A DNA stretch of 55,495 nucleotides, filler included, from Sphacelaria rigidula (GCA_964200075.2; 6 parts of 6 records of this genome joined end to end with filler, not necessarily neighbours in it); one strand, 5' to 3'; counted from the whole stretch's first letter, positions 34,809 through 48,537 are shown. Numbers and translations are program-made. Notes: a model not told the origin generated them from the sequence alone.

Positions 34809-36754
34809 TCAAGAAGGTATAACACGACTGGGGATCCCCGTCCTAGGAATCCCTAAAATCTCATCGTAACCCCACTTGGCCAGCTCTTGAGAGTACGGCA
34901 TGTCAATCTTCTGTGATGGCCGGCCAGGCAAGCCGCCTGCTCCGGGCTTCCCCTGCAACGCTAAGCCCGCCTCTAAGTACTTCACGATGTGCACCGTCTT
35001 CGATTTCTTCGGCAAATGCGCCGAAGAAGTACGGCTACAACCACTGCTAAAACCACTCCGTGTTTTCAAGCTCCGAAGGACCCACAGCCCCCCACCAGAG
35101 CCCGGTCCCCGTCGGCGCCCTCCTCCGGCTAGACCTGCAAGCCTTCGCCCAAACTCGGTAAGTGTACGATTCTCATCTTCCCTCGATACCATTAACGTCT
35201 CCTCGTCACTGTCTGTCGACCCAAGTTCTCTCCGTTTGCAGGTACGACTTCGGAGATGAAAACCACTGTCTCCGCTTCGTATTTCACGGTTGCTGCAACC
35301 TCTGGTTTGTTTCTCCCACGGAGCGTTTAGGGTGCCAGGAGTGATGGCCTTCTGGTGATGGTATGCCATCCGGATGTTTTGCCGCAGAACGTGTAAGAAC
35401 GTGGGGTTGTTCTGGTGGTGAACATCGTTCGCACGACGTTTACATGTGCACATGCTTCCGCTTCCTGCTGCCTCCTGGGACTCTCGCCGATGGAAGGCTG
35501 CCGCGCACACGACGACCAAGAAGTCCGCTCGTCGGCCGTTCAATTCCTGGCCTGGAGAGGCAAACATGACGCCTGCTCCCTGTTGTGCTGACGGTGCTGC
35601 GAGCAACATTTTCCTGTGCAACCAAAGCATATTAAGCAGGATGCAACGTTAGAGGTCGTCCGTCGGTGGAAGGTGGTAGGATTCGAAACAAGAACATCGG
35701 CAGTTGCGCGAAGTCTCGAAATCTGATTAAATTGGCCAGTACGCAGGAGGCAAAGGCAGTCAGTTGTTTTGTGCTTTCTGTGATACCTACTGTTCGTACG
35801 CACTTCCTCAAGAGCTGCTGTAACAATCTTTCTGCTTGGTTTGTAATGCGCTTGACTGAGTGCATCGCCAAACGTCGTGGCCATCAAGCACACGGGTGCA
35901 AGAGTACGGGATGCGGCCAAGCGTACGGCAAAGACGCGTCGCGTGGGAAATTGAACCAATCTTGGTGACACCGTGTCAAAATGGGTAACCCCCGTCACGC
36001 TTCTCGGCGTGCGCCAATACGCCAACACAATCTAACGTACAGTAGAGACGAATACAATGTCATACCGACATCGATTGTCGCCCCCCGATGCGATCAGCAC
36101 CAGTTTGAACTATTACAGCACGGGCCCACAGACAAAAGATCAGGAAAAAAGAGTTGAAGCCTTAAAGTGGTCAAAACTGAAGAGACTCCGTCCACACCAG
36201 TCGTCCCTTAGGTGTCGCCCGCAACTGAGTGATGAACGAGTGAGATACAGCCAACAATGTCATGGTTCTCGAGAAACACGGGCAGAACCAGCACGTCGAA
36301 CCCTCCATGAGTAGGACGGAAAGGATACGGCTTCCGAATCTTCGCAACTTTGATCAGCCCGAATGAGTGCGTCCTGATCTGCGAGAGGCATGCTTACGCA
36401 GTAATGGAGTCGGATGATACATACACGTTGCAACATCGGGGAGTGGCGAATTGTTACAACATATGAGATAAGAAACAGGGGATACAAGAAATAATCGGAT
36501 TCAACGCTGGTAGCAACAATGTATGGTTATATATGAGCAATTGTGCTCACGGCAACCTCCACGATAAGATTCGAGCCATCGCCGGAATGAAAGCTCAGTA
36601 TCAGCGACCCGTGCTGCATTATGCTGCCGTTGATTTCTCACCAGTCACTCATGTTCCGAATGGACTCCCATGTCCCCGTTCGAGCATCGAAATAAGATAA
36701 AACCGTGGTCGATTCAGATCCCAGCCCCTCAACATCCATCTCGGGTGCGCTCTC
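34809..36754 (-). CDS. Hypothetical protein, 3' part (exons 36754-36642 and 35613-34809)
   Basis: Longest ORF in the window (273 aa) with a cag acceptor. The upstream cag|...|gtgag exon joins in phase 2 (TG|G). No family recognised. Confidence 0.45.
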
Positions 36755-37912
36755 CTGCGCGTGCCCATGTGCAGACGTGTGACATATTTTCCCCTTCGAA
36801 CATAACACTCCGCTGGCTGAGATCGCCTTCAAACCGTCCGACAGACTTGTGCCAGCCTGATGAGGGAGATTTCGCCATGAGACACACGACGGGGGGGGGG
36901 GGGGGGGGGAAGTAAAGACAGAGGTACACATAAATTACACTAAGCCTCCCGTGACTTTTCCAGAANNNNNNNNNNNNNNNNNNNNNNNNNNNNNNNNNNN
37001 NNNNNNNNNTTAATTAATTAANNNNNNNNNNNNNNNNNNNNNNNNNNNNNNNNNNNNNNNNNNNNCTTTCCCGCCCGTTTTCCTTTCTATTAGTCGCGGT
37101 CTGTTCGGTTTTAAAGGACTGTTGAAGAAACAGGGGGGGGGGGGGGTTACCCCCCCCCCCTACCCCCCGACTATTGTGCTGAAGATGGAGGAGGGGTGGC
37201 CGGGGGGGGGGCAAGGGGAGGGGGCTGAGTTTGGTTCGAATCTATTCATACCATGTCACTTCGATATGCTTGCGTCGGAGGCAGTTATCAAATCGTCTAT
37301 GTGTCGGGAAGCGGTGACGGCGATAATTTTTCTAGTCCCTGAGAACGAACCCCCCCCTGTAGTTTTCAGATAATTCCGACCACGCGCACATTCGTCAGCC
37401 ACAGCGCACACCAACACTCTCTCACTAACAAGCATTTAAAATTTTGAGCCCGAAAAGCAAAAGTACGTACCCCTTCTCCCCCCCGTATTTTTCCTCAAAC
37501 TCTGCTGGACTCACTGCTCGCTGCACGTGTTGCATCCCATGCGACTGATGAAACAGCAATTGTCGAAACATGTCACCCGCCCCCGTTAGCTCTTGCAACA
37601 AGCAAATCAACTCGTACCCTCAAGGATACATTGATGATCATCGTTCCCTCACGTATCATTCACGTACCACGTTGCCCGGCCGCACCTTCAATGCCCCTAG
37701 CGAAGTATATGTTAGTGGTCGATACAAAGCATCAGTATCGAGATGAAGAGCCCGAAACACTATCTCTTCCCTTAGGGAGTTGATTCTTATCATACTTGAG
37801 TGGCCTGGGCAACTAAGGAAACCCGTCAGTCATTATTCGATGCCGACACACTTGACACCCCCCCCCTTCCATACCCCCCCCCTCCGGCCCACCCTCACCC
37901 TCTCTGAAAAAG

Positions 37913-38402
37913 GCGCTCTCTACAATGTGCGAGGGGGAAAGCTTTTCCAGCGACGAGCAGTTGCCATCCCCGAAGTCGAAGTTCAACCCCCGCAAACAGC
38001 AAAGCCCCCGTCGCCAGCAGTGGAAGAGCCAAAAAAAGGCCTCCTCAACGCGTACCTCCGGGTCCTCAACAAAAAGCCCATGCGGACCAAGATCGTCACC
38101 TCCGGAGTCATCTGCGGCATCGGTGATCTCATGGCGCAGGCCTTGATGATCACACAGGGGGCCGCCGCGGGCGCGATTACGCTGGGCAAGTTTGTCGGTA
38201 GGTTAGAGATGCAGCGCTTCGTCATCTACGCTTTCCTGGGCGCCTTTTGGATCGCCCCGGTCGTTCACTACTGGTTCGACGCCCTCGAGCGGGCGACGAA
38301 GTCGCCGCAGGGCCCGCCTAAGACCTTCGCCGGGCGTATGGGCAAGGCGTTGAAGATGGTGACGCTCGACCAGACTGTCGGCGCGCCCATAGTGAACGCA
38401 GG
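37913..38402 (+). CDS. Mpv17/PMP22 family membrane protein, penultimate exon
   Basis: YLRVLNKKPMRTKIVTSGVICGIGDLMAQ...APVVHYWFDALE...KMVTLDQTVGAP; donor GG|gtaagt. Confidence 0.93.
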
Positions 38403-41400
38403 GTAAGTTTGGTATCCATTTTTTCTTGTCTTGTGGTGGCGGTGTGGTGTTTTGATGTCCTGGTGTTACTAGTGATCCCTCTTTTATTAACAAGGTGAGT
38501 GTTGCGTCGGTCTTGGCACAAGTCTTGGGTGCAGTAAACGTGGTTTGGTCCTTGAGTGTGTACGTGTCCCACGTGTTTCATGACGTGACGGGCGCCTGTG
38601 AACGCGGCCTGGGCGTGGCACGAATGAATGCACTACCGTGTATTATTTTACCATTTTTTCCCGAGACACATACTGCCGCCTCACCGCGCCCACTTGCTCA
38701 TGCTCAGCACACACTTTATGCTTTGCTTCTTGCATGTGCTGCGAGGTGACGACCCAGACGGTCGCGTGAAGCCGATCGCGTGTAAAACTGCACCATAAGT
38801 TACTCCCATCCTCTGCTGGTCGGCTTGGGTGCTGTGGATGGTGTAAGTCCGCACCTGTGTCTAAACTGTACTATATTCTACTACTGAGTGTTGTACGGTG
38901 TATTCCTTGGACACAAGCTACCGAATACTTGGCTCATCCTAAAACAAAACGTCGAGCGAACACGGAGCATTTGCTGGTGGATGTGCTACCGAGGCGGCCA
39001 GTTATGCACCGTCTCTCTCGGTTTTGCATCGAAGTATCTCAAGAGGAAGAAGAAAAAACTGTGGGTTTGGGGGTATGTCCGGAAAAGTCAAATCCAGCCA
39101 CCCATGCTTCTGCGCAAAATCTCGGCGAAGAGATTTTGTTGCATGACTTCAGTTTCGCGTTTTAGAATTTGTTCTCCTGGCTTTCAAAAGTGCGCGCTTT
39201 GCATGCTTTAAGGCGTACACGCGTCTCCATTACAGTCGCCCGTCGATAGAGGTATGTCAAAGCCGAGGTTACCGGTATTTTTAGCAGCCACAAATACTGC
39301 TGAGCATACTGGGAATATGGAGTTGGGGAGACCTCTAGTAAGCGAGACTTGGGATGCACTGTTTTCCATCATGCGTACGATATGTGCAACTGCAACGAGC
39401 CCTAAAAGCGTTTGGGTACGTGCTTGGCTAAGCTTTTTCGCCGTCGAGGAGGTGTCCGGATTTCAATAGTGTGCACTAAAAACCAATCCGCGATGCGCCG
39501 AAACTATCGTGTATAGTGAGCGGTGTGTTCCATGCTTGCGCACAGGCACATGAATGTACAACGGTGTCGAGTGAAACATATGCTTTGGTCCCAAGATGTT
39601 GTGGCTTGGATCAGAGTAAGTAGTGGAAAAAGTGTGGAGCGTGCGGTCCACACGTCAGCCGACGTTTTAAACTGATGATTTCTGCTCAAGACAATCACAC
39701 ATGCTGCTTCACGATACGATGCATTTTGATGCAGCTCGGTTATCGCAGCACGTATTTTTTCGTTCAAAAAGCAACAAGGCCTCTACTTTTTCACGCCGAT
39801 GCACCCCTCTGGTACCGTACAGGTGCAAGATTGATGCTAGATGTGTTTGTTGTTGGGTTATCGACCGTTTTAAACAGTCGAAGGTGTAAATTGTGGGGAG
39901 TAGAGAATACGGTTCGGATTGTTTTTGATGTATTGGGAGTATGTACCGTTACTGAAGTACGTCAGTGACCCTCGTGCTTCACCCTGTAACGTCCAGCCCA
40001 CCACAGATTTTCGAATACAGGTCGCGCGCCCACTTTAGAATCTGGTACTCGGGAACTTGGGCACCATTTGAAATGCCCGAATCCCAAACGAAAAGCTACA
40101 TAGTGGTCGTCCGTAGCCCTCAGAGGAAATGAGATTTCGAGAATCAGTCGAAGGAGGAGGTTTTTGAGTGATGGTGCCACCTATATCGCCTACTGCCAAT
40201 GTTGGCTTCAGTAGTTGGACCTGTCGTATTTCGATTGGCACAGCACACCTATTCATCGGCTCACCTCCCACAGATGTAGGTAACTCAAAGTGGCCGAGCG
40301 TTCAAAAATCGGCACTCGGCAAAAATTGAGGAACCGTCTGAAATGAGGGGAAGAACTTTGACATGAGACGTGTGCTGTTTCACCATGCTGCAGCGCAAAC
40401 ACACTCACGCCCTCTCGTGCTGTAGCTGTCACTGCGCTGTGGTGTGTTTGAAACTTTGCGAAGACGGTTTTGTCTCCGCTGAGGTTGCGTTAGTTGCCTT
40501 ACTGTCACTGCCTTCGTCTTTACACAAAGGAGGGAAATATGTTTGTCGGCACGCAGTGCTGCCTACACACTGTCGGAACCTTGATAGTGTGCCGGGTATT
40601 CCGTCTTCCGTCAAACGAACAAGGCGCTTCCCGCACCCATGATCTCTAATATGCATCGCAACACTCCACGGCTATCATTGTGTCATGTGCGCTGGAGAGT
40701 GCCCCAACAGTTGTACACTGCTGCATGCCGTGTTTCGGTCTGCACAGAATTGGGGTGGGATCAAAGTGCTGTACACAAAGTTGGAACGATTACGTGACGA
40801 ATGTGCAGCTGTCTGCTGCGTCTTCTGTGGTGCTTCAGTTGCAGTCGGGTGTTGTGGTCGGAGAAGACGCGCAAGGCGGACGCGCGCAGGTTGGGGCAAA
40901 CAAACTGAGCCAGCACGGAGCTGTTGTATCCCAAGTGATTGACGGTAGCAGCTGTCTGACTTGCAGCGACGCGATGTGTCGGCCAATCACAGCTATTTCA
41001 CCACTCGATTCTCTCATCTGATTAAAGAAAGGTCGCAGCATTTTGGTATTTCGGGAGGCTCTGATTGGTCGAAAAATCGTGCCAGTCGAAATTCTCGCCT
41101 CTATATGTGGGCCCTGTGCCTATTTATTTGAACAGATGAGCGCTGTGCGTTTGTACGCACGGGAATGAAATAGTGTTCGAGAACCCCTGTCCGCTTTTTT
41201 TTTCCGGCCAAGCCACGTGAGCGTAGGTTTTTGTAGTGTTGAGTAGGTGGTGCGTGGGAAGAGTATGCGTGAGCCCGATGGACTACCCTCGCGGTCGAGG
41301 GGTTCAAGCGGTCGTTGCTCAAGTGGTGAAGTACAGTCCCATCAGAGCTACCAAACTTGTCAACTCTATCTATCCCCCTTTATGCCTGCTGTCTGGCCTC

Positions 41401-43704
41401 AAAAGGTTTTGGAAACACCTACAGTTGATGTAAGAAGCATTTGCTGACGATCGGAGAGCCTGCGCACCCCTTATCCTCTGTAAAAAAAACATGGAAACCC
41501 CTGGATTGTAGCCGGTGAAACTGCTTGAAAATGATGCCAGAGTTGGAGGGATTGACGCCCAAAACGGATATAGCCCCTCGAAGATGGACTGGAGGACGTC
41601 TGACGTGACATTTTTACATTGCAGTGCGTTCGCTCCTTGCATGTATCCTCACCTACTGCAGGCTTCGTCGTTTTCCATGAGTGACTCCTCATCGTTGTTG
41701 TGGTGTGGATATTTCGTCAACGGGCCGATGAGGGCAACTCATGTACACGCAGAGACTTGATCAAGATGCAAATGAAACTACGAAACGAGAGGTTGAATGA
41801 CCCCACTCAGACAGTGTTGGACACGTCTCGTTTGGTTTTCGGCCGTCCGAAGCCGTTTTAGTTTCCTTGGTTACCGGTGTTTTCCGATATATTCCCGGTC
41901 CTCGGTGCCCACCATCTCACAAGTGCACGTTGCATTTCCGTACCCTCCGTGTACTCCCACACCGAGCGAGAACCTGTTACCCGTACACCCTCATTTCTCA
42001 GTGAGATGACTTGTACCTGTCTTTTGTGGGTGCTGCTTGAATCGGCATCTACTCGTCAATATTGACCCTCCCACCAGCTACCCACTCAGCTGTCGAGTGT
42101 TCAAGTGGCTCTTCAGCTTCCGGTGCACTATCGCTTGAGCATCCTCTCTCTCAGGGTCTAGATTTTGAACCATTGTCGGGGCGTGAGACGAAGAAGTGTC
42201 TCACCTCCGACCTTGGTTTGAAGTTCAGACTATCAAGGAAGAGTTGCTCGATTGACGTACTGCGGAAGCTGAAGAGCTCCGAGCATGCACTGAAAGTAAT
42301 CCAAACAAGCCCCAGAGGCACAGAGCGGACGTGAGAGTTTAGAGGTTGCGCGCGATAGGTGAGGGCACCCTGCACCGAATGGTTCTGCCCGCAGAATATT
42401 TACGCACACATGAAACCGCGAGCGTGTGCTTGCTCTGCACCCGTGACTTGACAAAAAAAAATCCGCAAATACTACACATAATACGTGCACGGGTTCGAGA
42501 GATCGGGCTGATGTGCAAAATAGTGATGATGCCGCTAGTTCTCACTGCACACGGAAAGACTGAACGTTTCTCGCGAGATTTGCCCGCTGTATCAATCAGA
42601 CGGTAAAATATGCCCTTGTGAACACGGAATTTTACTAATAATTGAGGACGGGTTTTTTCCTGGGGGTGAATCAGTCCTGGGAACTTTCGTAAACATCGAA
42701 ATATTTGGGGGGGGGAAAGGGAGGATTTGTAAAATCCCGTGTCAAAGAAGAAGGATTGTGACAAATAATAACGTTTTTTTCTTGTACAGGAACGAACGGA
42801 GAATAAAATTGTTCGTGTATATAAGACCGTTTCTTACGGTTGGCTTTTTTAAAGGAGCGTCCTCCCCACTTCTAGAACATGTGACACGAATTTTGGCCCC
42901 CGAACAGAAGATATCTCCCACCATACGTCTTGAACAGTTTGCATCACCCCACCGACCGGGGTTGAGCCCGCTTTTCCCGACTTCCTTGGCTCCGAGGTTT
43001 CGGCAAGGGCCTCTTAACAAAGCTACAGCCCGCAGCACAATGTCGGGCACACAATTTGTCGGTGTTTTCGGTGAAAATATGTGGTTTTCTCCTGTTGTCG
43101 CTTCTCGGCTCTTCAATCGATGCTTTCCCGGGGTACCTCCGTCGTTTCTGGAGAGACAGATAGAGAAGTGCTGGGCGATGCCATGACATGTTCGAAAGAA
43201 GAGAAGAGTCTGTTTTCCCGTCGTATCCGTTGATAAAGAAAAAGCCGCGAAACAAAAAGATGAAGGGCAATCTAACGGGAACGGTTAAAAAAATCCTGTT
43301 GAAAAAAAATGTGCTTTTGGCGCTTTTCCGTCCTTTTACGACCGAAAAGAGAGTTGGGCGGATGTTGACAGCTTGGAATGATTTGCTCTACTCGCTAAGG
43401 CCGTCCCAGGGCAACTTTGCGTTTCCCATTGGCCGCAGTTTCATTTTCAGTGACAAACGGTCAGGCGCCAATTTTTCACCTTCCATTTCGGTCACCACTC
43501 GGTACAAGCTGCAAAAGTGGTGGATGTTCGCCAGTAACATGCACACACATGTGGCTGCAGTGATTTTGTTCTCGATAAAATGGTCTTCCGCCATCGGCTG
43601 CTGGTGTCCTTTGGTGCACCCAGAATTGATTCCACAAGGTGCTTGAATTCCGGCTGCTCTTTATCATGTCCTTTGTTTCGACACACTTCCCTTGGAGGAC
43701 GGGA

Positions 43705-43782
43705 GGGGGGAGGGGGGGCTCATCTGTTTCTCGCCCTGGTCAAATGACCATTGATGACGCATCCCTTTCGAGACGGAGCACC
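43705..43782 (-). mobile_element. Poly(C)-tailed retroposon, old truncated intronic copy
   Basis: G-run + CTCATCTG...TGACCATTGATGACGCATCCCTTTCGAGACGGAGCACC. Confidence 0.75.
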
Positions 43783-44044
43783 TTACGGAGGTGGAACGGA
43801 CCCTCCCTCCCCGTCATTTTTCAAACAAGGAGAAAGTACCCGTACTCGCGTTATGTTGAAGTCGCACTTCCCATCCCGTCCCGGCGTCCCGTGGGGAGCT
43901 GTGTAACGTTTCGGAAAACTTGGAGGCCGTGCCCACCTCCCCGACATTTTTTTTTTCATCTGCTGTCTTCTCCCCCACCCCCTCCCTCTTTGTTCGCCGG
44001 TACCTACCCCAACATCGTTGGTATGTGTAATGCAACACGTACAG

Positions 44045-44285
44045 GATGATGTTTTTGTTCCCGTTCATCGCCGCTATCATGACCGACGGGATCGGCATGC
44101 AAGCCGGTAAGGCTGCGGGGTCCATGGTGAAGAACAAGCTGTGGGGCACCATGGTGACGTGCTGGAAGATCTGGCCGGTGGCCAACCTTATCAACTTCGC
44201 CTTCGTTCCCGCACCCCTGCGTGTTCTTTTCATGAACTTTGTGGGCCTGGGCTGGAACATATACCTCGCTGGCGCGGTGAATTAA
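44045..44285 (+). CDS. Mpv17/PMP22 family membrane protein, last exon
   Basis: WKIWPVANLINFAFVPAPLRVLFMNFVGLGWNIYL signature. Joins 38402 in phase 2 across a 5.6-kb intron; TAA stop. Confidence 0.95.
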
Positions 44286-46017
44286 ATTATTACTTGCGTA
44301 CTATCACTGATTGTTGGAAAAAACAAGTGTTGCTTGGCCACATCCACGAGCGTTTTTTCGTGTAGGTGGGGTACTTACTTACGGACATGACTGTATTCTG
44401 CCATCTCTCATATATATACATTCATATATATGTAGCTCGCACGGCGGGATATGATATGGCAACAATAATAGTTTTTTCTTTCCGATACGGTTGAGAGGAC
44501 TGGGCAATCGTTTCCTCTCGAGCAATGATCAGGAACGTGGGAAAGATGGATGGGGGTGGTATCCCCCGTGTTGGATATTTTTCCTGTTGCTGTGTCGAAC
44601 GTCGGTAAAAAGTTGGCTGAGCAGTGTACCACAGGAATTACACGGACGATGTTCCCTCTTGCTTGCCCGAAGGCTAGTGCAAGAGTTGAGCAAGACATAC
44701 ACGCGGGGCGAGAAGGAGCTGTAATTAGCAGAACACGGCAAATAGGTTAGGTCGTTCGTTTTCTTGACATTCGTCGCGTTGTTCTCGCCCCCCTTGATAT
44801 TTTTTGGTATATTATTTATTGGATGAAAATGGGGGGAAGCGGAACACGTGGGTCCGTTCGCGTCCAGTGTTTTGTCATCCTTTAAAGGTGGGAGAGAAGA
44901 GACGAAACCTTAAGCAGCAAACTGCATCCTGTTTTTTTTCTCTCTCTCTTGTATTTTCGCCACCTGCTATGATGGGGGGAGGGCACCCTAGAAAAGTGAG
45001 GGCCGGGACGGTGTGAGACCTTGTTGGATTACCGAGGTGCTCAAATCTGTGATGTGTCGAGTGTATGTATGTGCTGTGTTTGTCTCGGGTAGTTTGTGTA
45101 TACTGTACCTGGATTATTATCCCAGATGAAGAAAACGGGGAGAAATATTGGGGACTATTAAGTGTAAATGTACTCTTCGTGCTTGAGGCTGCGTCTCGGG
45201 GAACTGGTGATTCCGGCTGAAGCGGAGTGAAAGTGGATTTTGAATGCGCATGCTGCTGTGTTTGTTGGCTGTTGGTCGGAAGGAGGCAAGTGTTTTTTTT
45301 TTCTTCATTTGTGTTTGCGGTGGTCGTGCGAGGCATGAGTTATTTCGACGTGTCATGTTTCAATGTCCCAACCGCTTGCGGTGTAATCGTTTGATGTTTT
45401 GAGTGCTCATATCTCCCCCCTCCCCCCCCCACCCCGAAACGAGCCGAACCATTGGGAGCTACGCGGGTAAAGCCAGGCGCATGTTTTTTTTCGAGGAGTT
45501 TTAGTGTACGAAGAAAACATTAATGCAATGCTCATATTTTTTTCTTTTTCTGTCGTTCCCTTTTTGTACCATGCGAAGAGACTTGTGCACACCCTGTTTC
45601 CTCGCTCTCGTGCTGGCCTTTACCTCAGGGTGCACAGTTTGCGTTCTAGCATCCGAATGTACGCGGGGCACGAAAGCTCTGTGCTCGGTAGTGCTCCGTG
45701 CACTGGCATGATGATGATGACCATGATGAACTACGCTCCACGGCTCCAGGTCCATTTTGTTGCCGCGGGAGACATCTCTCGCCATACCAATGTTGATCGA
45801 TTCGCTGTATTCTGGGGCGACTTTGCACGAATTACACGCGAAGAAAAGCGAAACCACGCACACGCACACGCAGTACAGGAACAAACGCACAATACAAGAA
45901 GGAACACGCGACAAAGGAAGCGAGGAACGAGGCGGAAGAAATATACCTCCGAACGAGTAATCGTTTAATGTATACTTGAAAAGGAAGAAAGGCAAATACG
46001 CATATATTTGTATGTTT

Positions 46018-46115
46018 TTGTTGTCGTCGTCTTTGCAGAGAACCGATTCGATATCTGCGCGGTACTTCTATTTCCACAACGGGCGTCTGATGCGGACGCC
46101 ATCCGTGGTCACACG
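46018..46115 (-). mobile_element. Retroposon 3' end with (CAA)-like tail, copy 2
   Basis: Colinear with 1425-1522, including GGGCGTCTGATGCGGACGCC.TCCGTGGTCA. Confidence 0.6.
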
Positions 46116-46330
46116 TTAACTATACAGCTGAAAAACTCGGGAACCGAATATGAACGACCATATTATTATTATTATTATTATTATTATTTCCGCACATTAG
46201 TCCGATCTCGCGAACCCGTGGTCACAGACGNNNNNNNNNNNNNNNNNNNNNNNNNNNNNNNNNNNNNNNNNNNNTTAATTAATTAANNNNNNNNNNNNNN
46301 NNNNNNNNNNNNNNNNNNNNNNNNNNNNNN

Positions 46331-46762
46331 AGTCGCATGAAGAGTGAGCTGCATCCTGCCAAGATTGTTCGGCCCGAAGCCAACTGGTTATCTTGCATTT
46401 GGATGACAGCCTACAATGAGTTGCCTCATTTTCTGGTATTGCCACTTCCAGGGACAGCCACCGGTTCAACACTGCTTCATGGGTGCCTCACCATTTAAAC
46501 ATTACGTATAGTAGTACGATCATCCCCATTGTGCTGAGTTGAGGTTCTCCCACGCCGCACAACATGATCTAGCTCGACTACCATCATGGTTACCGCAGAA
46601 AAAAACGCAAGCGCGCGAAAAAATCGGTAACCTGGTTGCCTAGCTTACGCAGCGAGTGGCGTGCTTTCAAGCGTCACCGCGAACCGACGCCAACCCCATC
46701 GGGGGTCCGCCCCGACAAAGCCGGGACGGAGCACGCCGGGCTCTCGCCGGACCAGGCTGTAT
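46331..46762 (-). mobile_element. Poly(C)-tailed retroposon, 5' two-thirds (probable true 5' end near 46762)
   Basis: 46331-46530 is the reverse complement of ~51430-51620; followed by a G-tract. Confidence 0.8.
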
Positions 46763-46897
46763 TGGGGAGGGGGGGGGGGGGCGGGGCCATTGGTTGGTTG
46801 CCGGAGTGTGTTTTCTATTCACCGAGCATCTCTCTTGAGACGGAGNNNNNNNNNNCGGGGAGGGGGCCCGCGGGGCTCTCGCCGGCCCGGGCGGTTT

Positions 46898-47069
46898 GGG
46901 GGGGGGGGGGGGGGGGGCGTACTCATTTGTTGCTTGCCTTAGTCATTTGACCATTGACCACGCATCCCTTTCGAGACGGAGCGGGGTTCACTCATGATCT
47001 TGCATGCCGTAGTTATAAGACCATTGACCTCGCATCCCTACAAAGCCCAGAAGGGGCACGCCGGGTTTC
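46898..47069 (-). mobile_element. Poly(C)-tailed retroposon, truncated copy with both 3' monomers
   Basis: G20 + CGTACTCATTTG...GAGACGGAGC..CTCATGATCTTGCATGCCGTAG...CCCTACAAAGCC. Confidence 0.85.
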
Positions 47070-48104
47070 GCGGACAAGGAGGGAGAGGGGTCATCTATCC
47101 AGATCATATATATACAAATGTATTATATATGACACATATTGATATATTCCGTATATAGTCGTGTAGTCCGTCAGTGTCGGTCTAAATCTGGATCCAGGGA
47201 AACTGGGTAATTCAAAACGAGCGAGCGATGATGCGCACGACATACGTGTGTTCTTGTATCTTCGTTCTCGTTTTTGAGGGCGCCTGTTTATTGTTGCTCG
47301 CTTGTTGTTGCTGCTGCTGCCTCAAATCATGCAAAGCGAGGGTCTTCTTGACTCGTGCAGAGAGACAGGAGAAACCCGACGATTTTGAGAAAGTGAGGAC
47401 ATAAACATGAACATAAAACAGAATGGAACTTGACAAAAGAATACTGGCGGATCAATATAAAACTGCGTTTTTCTTCGATGGTGTCAATACATCTGTCTCT
47501 GTCTCTGTTTCTGTCTGTCTCTCTCTTTGCATGTTTTTCGATTAGGGTACACACTTGCTAGTTTTTCACTTCAGGAGAATATAGAAAAAAAACATTTGCG
47601 GGTCTTCCTCCTCCCGCAGCTACCTAAGCGGGGCCGCAGTCTCGCCACGCGCGCTAACCACAAATATATCACGATTGCGATGATAGTTGACAGTCCTCTC
47701 GGAAGCGAACGTTCAAGTGTTCGGTTCTCCTTTTCAGCCTCCTCCCGCCTTTGCTCTCGAGGAGGTGCGGTGGACGACCTCAACCTCTTGTGGCGCCGTA
47801 CGTCTTTTCGAAACAACATCGCTGGATGACCCCTTTCAAAGCCGGTAACACCTACGCTGTAGCTGAGCAGCTCCTGTCTTGCTCTTACGAGAACCACTCT
47901 CAATGACAATATACCGTGGATTCAGTACAGTAGCCGTCAACCCTTTTGTCATGCATATATATATATATATACACACACACATATACAAGGTTCCCTTTCG
48001 GGAGGTTGGTACGGGCCTCCCGGGGGTGACGCAAGTCGAAAATAAACCAGTGTTATTCTTGTTTCATATTATGGAGCCAATTTTGTGGGAAAATATGTAC
48101 CTTC

Positions 48105-48537
48105 CAGTAGATAACAGTGGATTCTCGAAAATGGGGTTGAAAAAAAATGAGGTTCGACTCAACACCCGTGCTTTCTCTGACCTAAATTCATGACAAATGG
48201 CTCTTATATGGACCACCCCATCCCTCCCGACCTCCCTAAAACTTTTTCGAGCGATTTCTAGCCTTCCGTTCTCCCGAAGGGTATGTGCGAAAGCACGATT
48301 TTGGGGACAAGAAACTTCCTTTTTCACCTCAAAATCGAGGCAAAAATGTGCTTTCGCACGTACCCTTTGGGGGACCGGAAGGCTAGAAATCCCCCGATAT
48401 GGTTTTAGGGAGGTCGGGAGGGATGGGGTGGTCCATATGAAAGTCGTTTGTCATAATTTGGTCAGGGAAAGCACGGTTTTTGAGTCGAACCTCATTTTTT
48501 TTCAACCCCAATTTCGAGAATCCACTGTCAAATACTG
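48105..48537. mobile_element. Foldback MITE, 433 bp
   Basis: CAGTA..ACAGTGGATTCTCGAAA.TGGGGTTGAAAAAAAATGAGGTTCGACTCAA arms, inverted over ~200 bp. Confidence 0.88.

Noticed and set aside
41370-41720. Cys-rich transposase (piggyBac-like) C-terminal remnant; also coding-like text at 43388-43686
   Set aside because: Needs several frameshifts, and no catalytic motif or TIR/TTAA ends were found; too weak to call.
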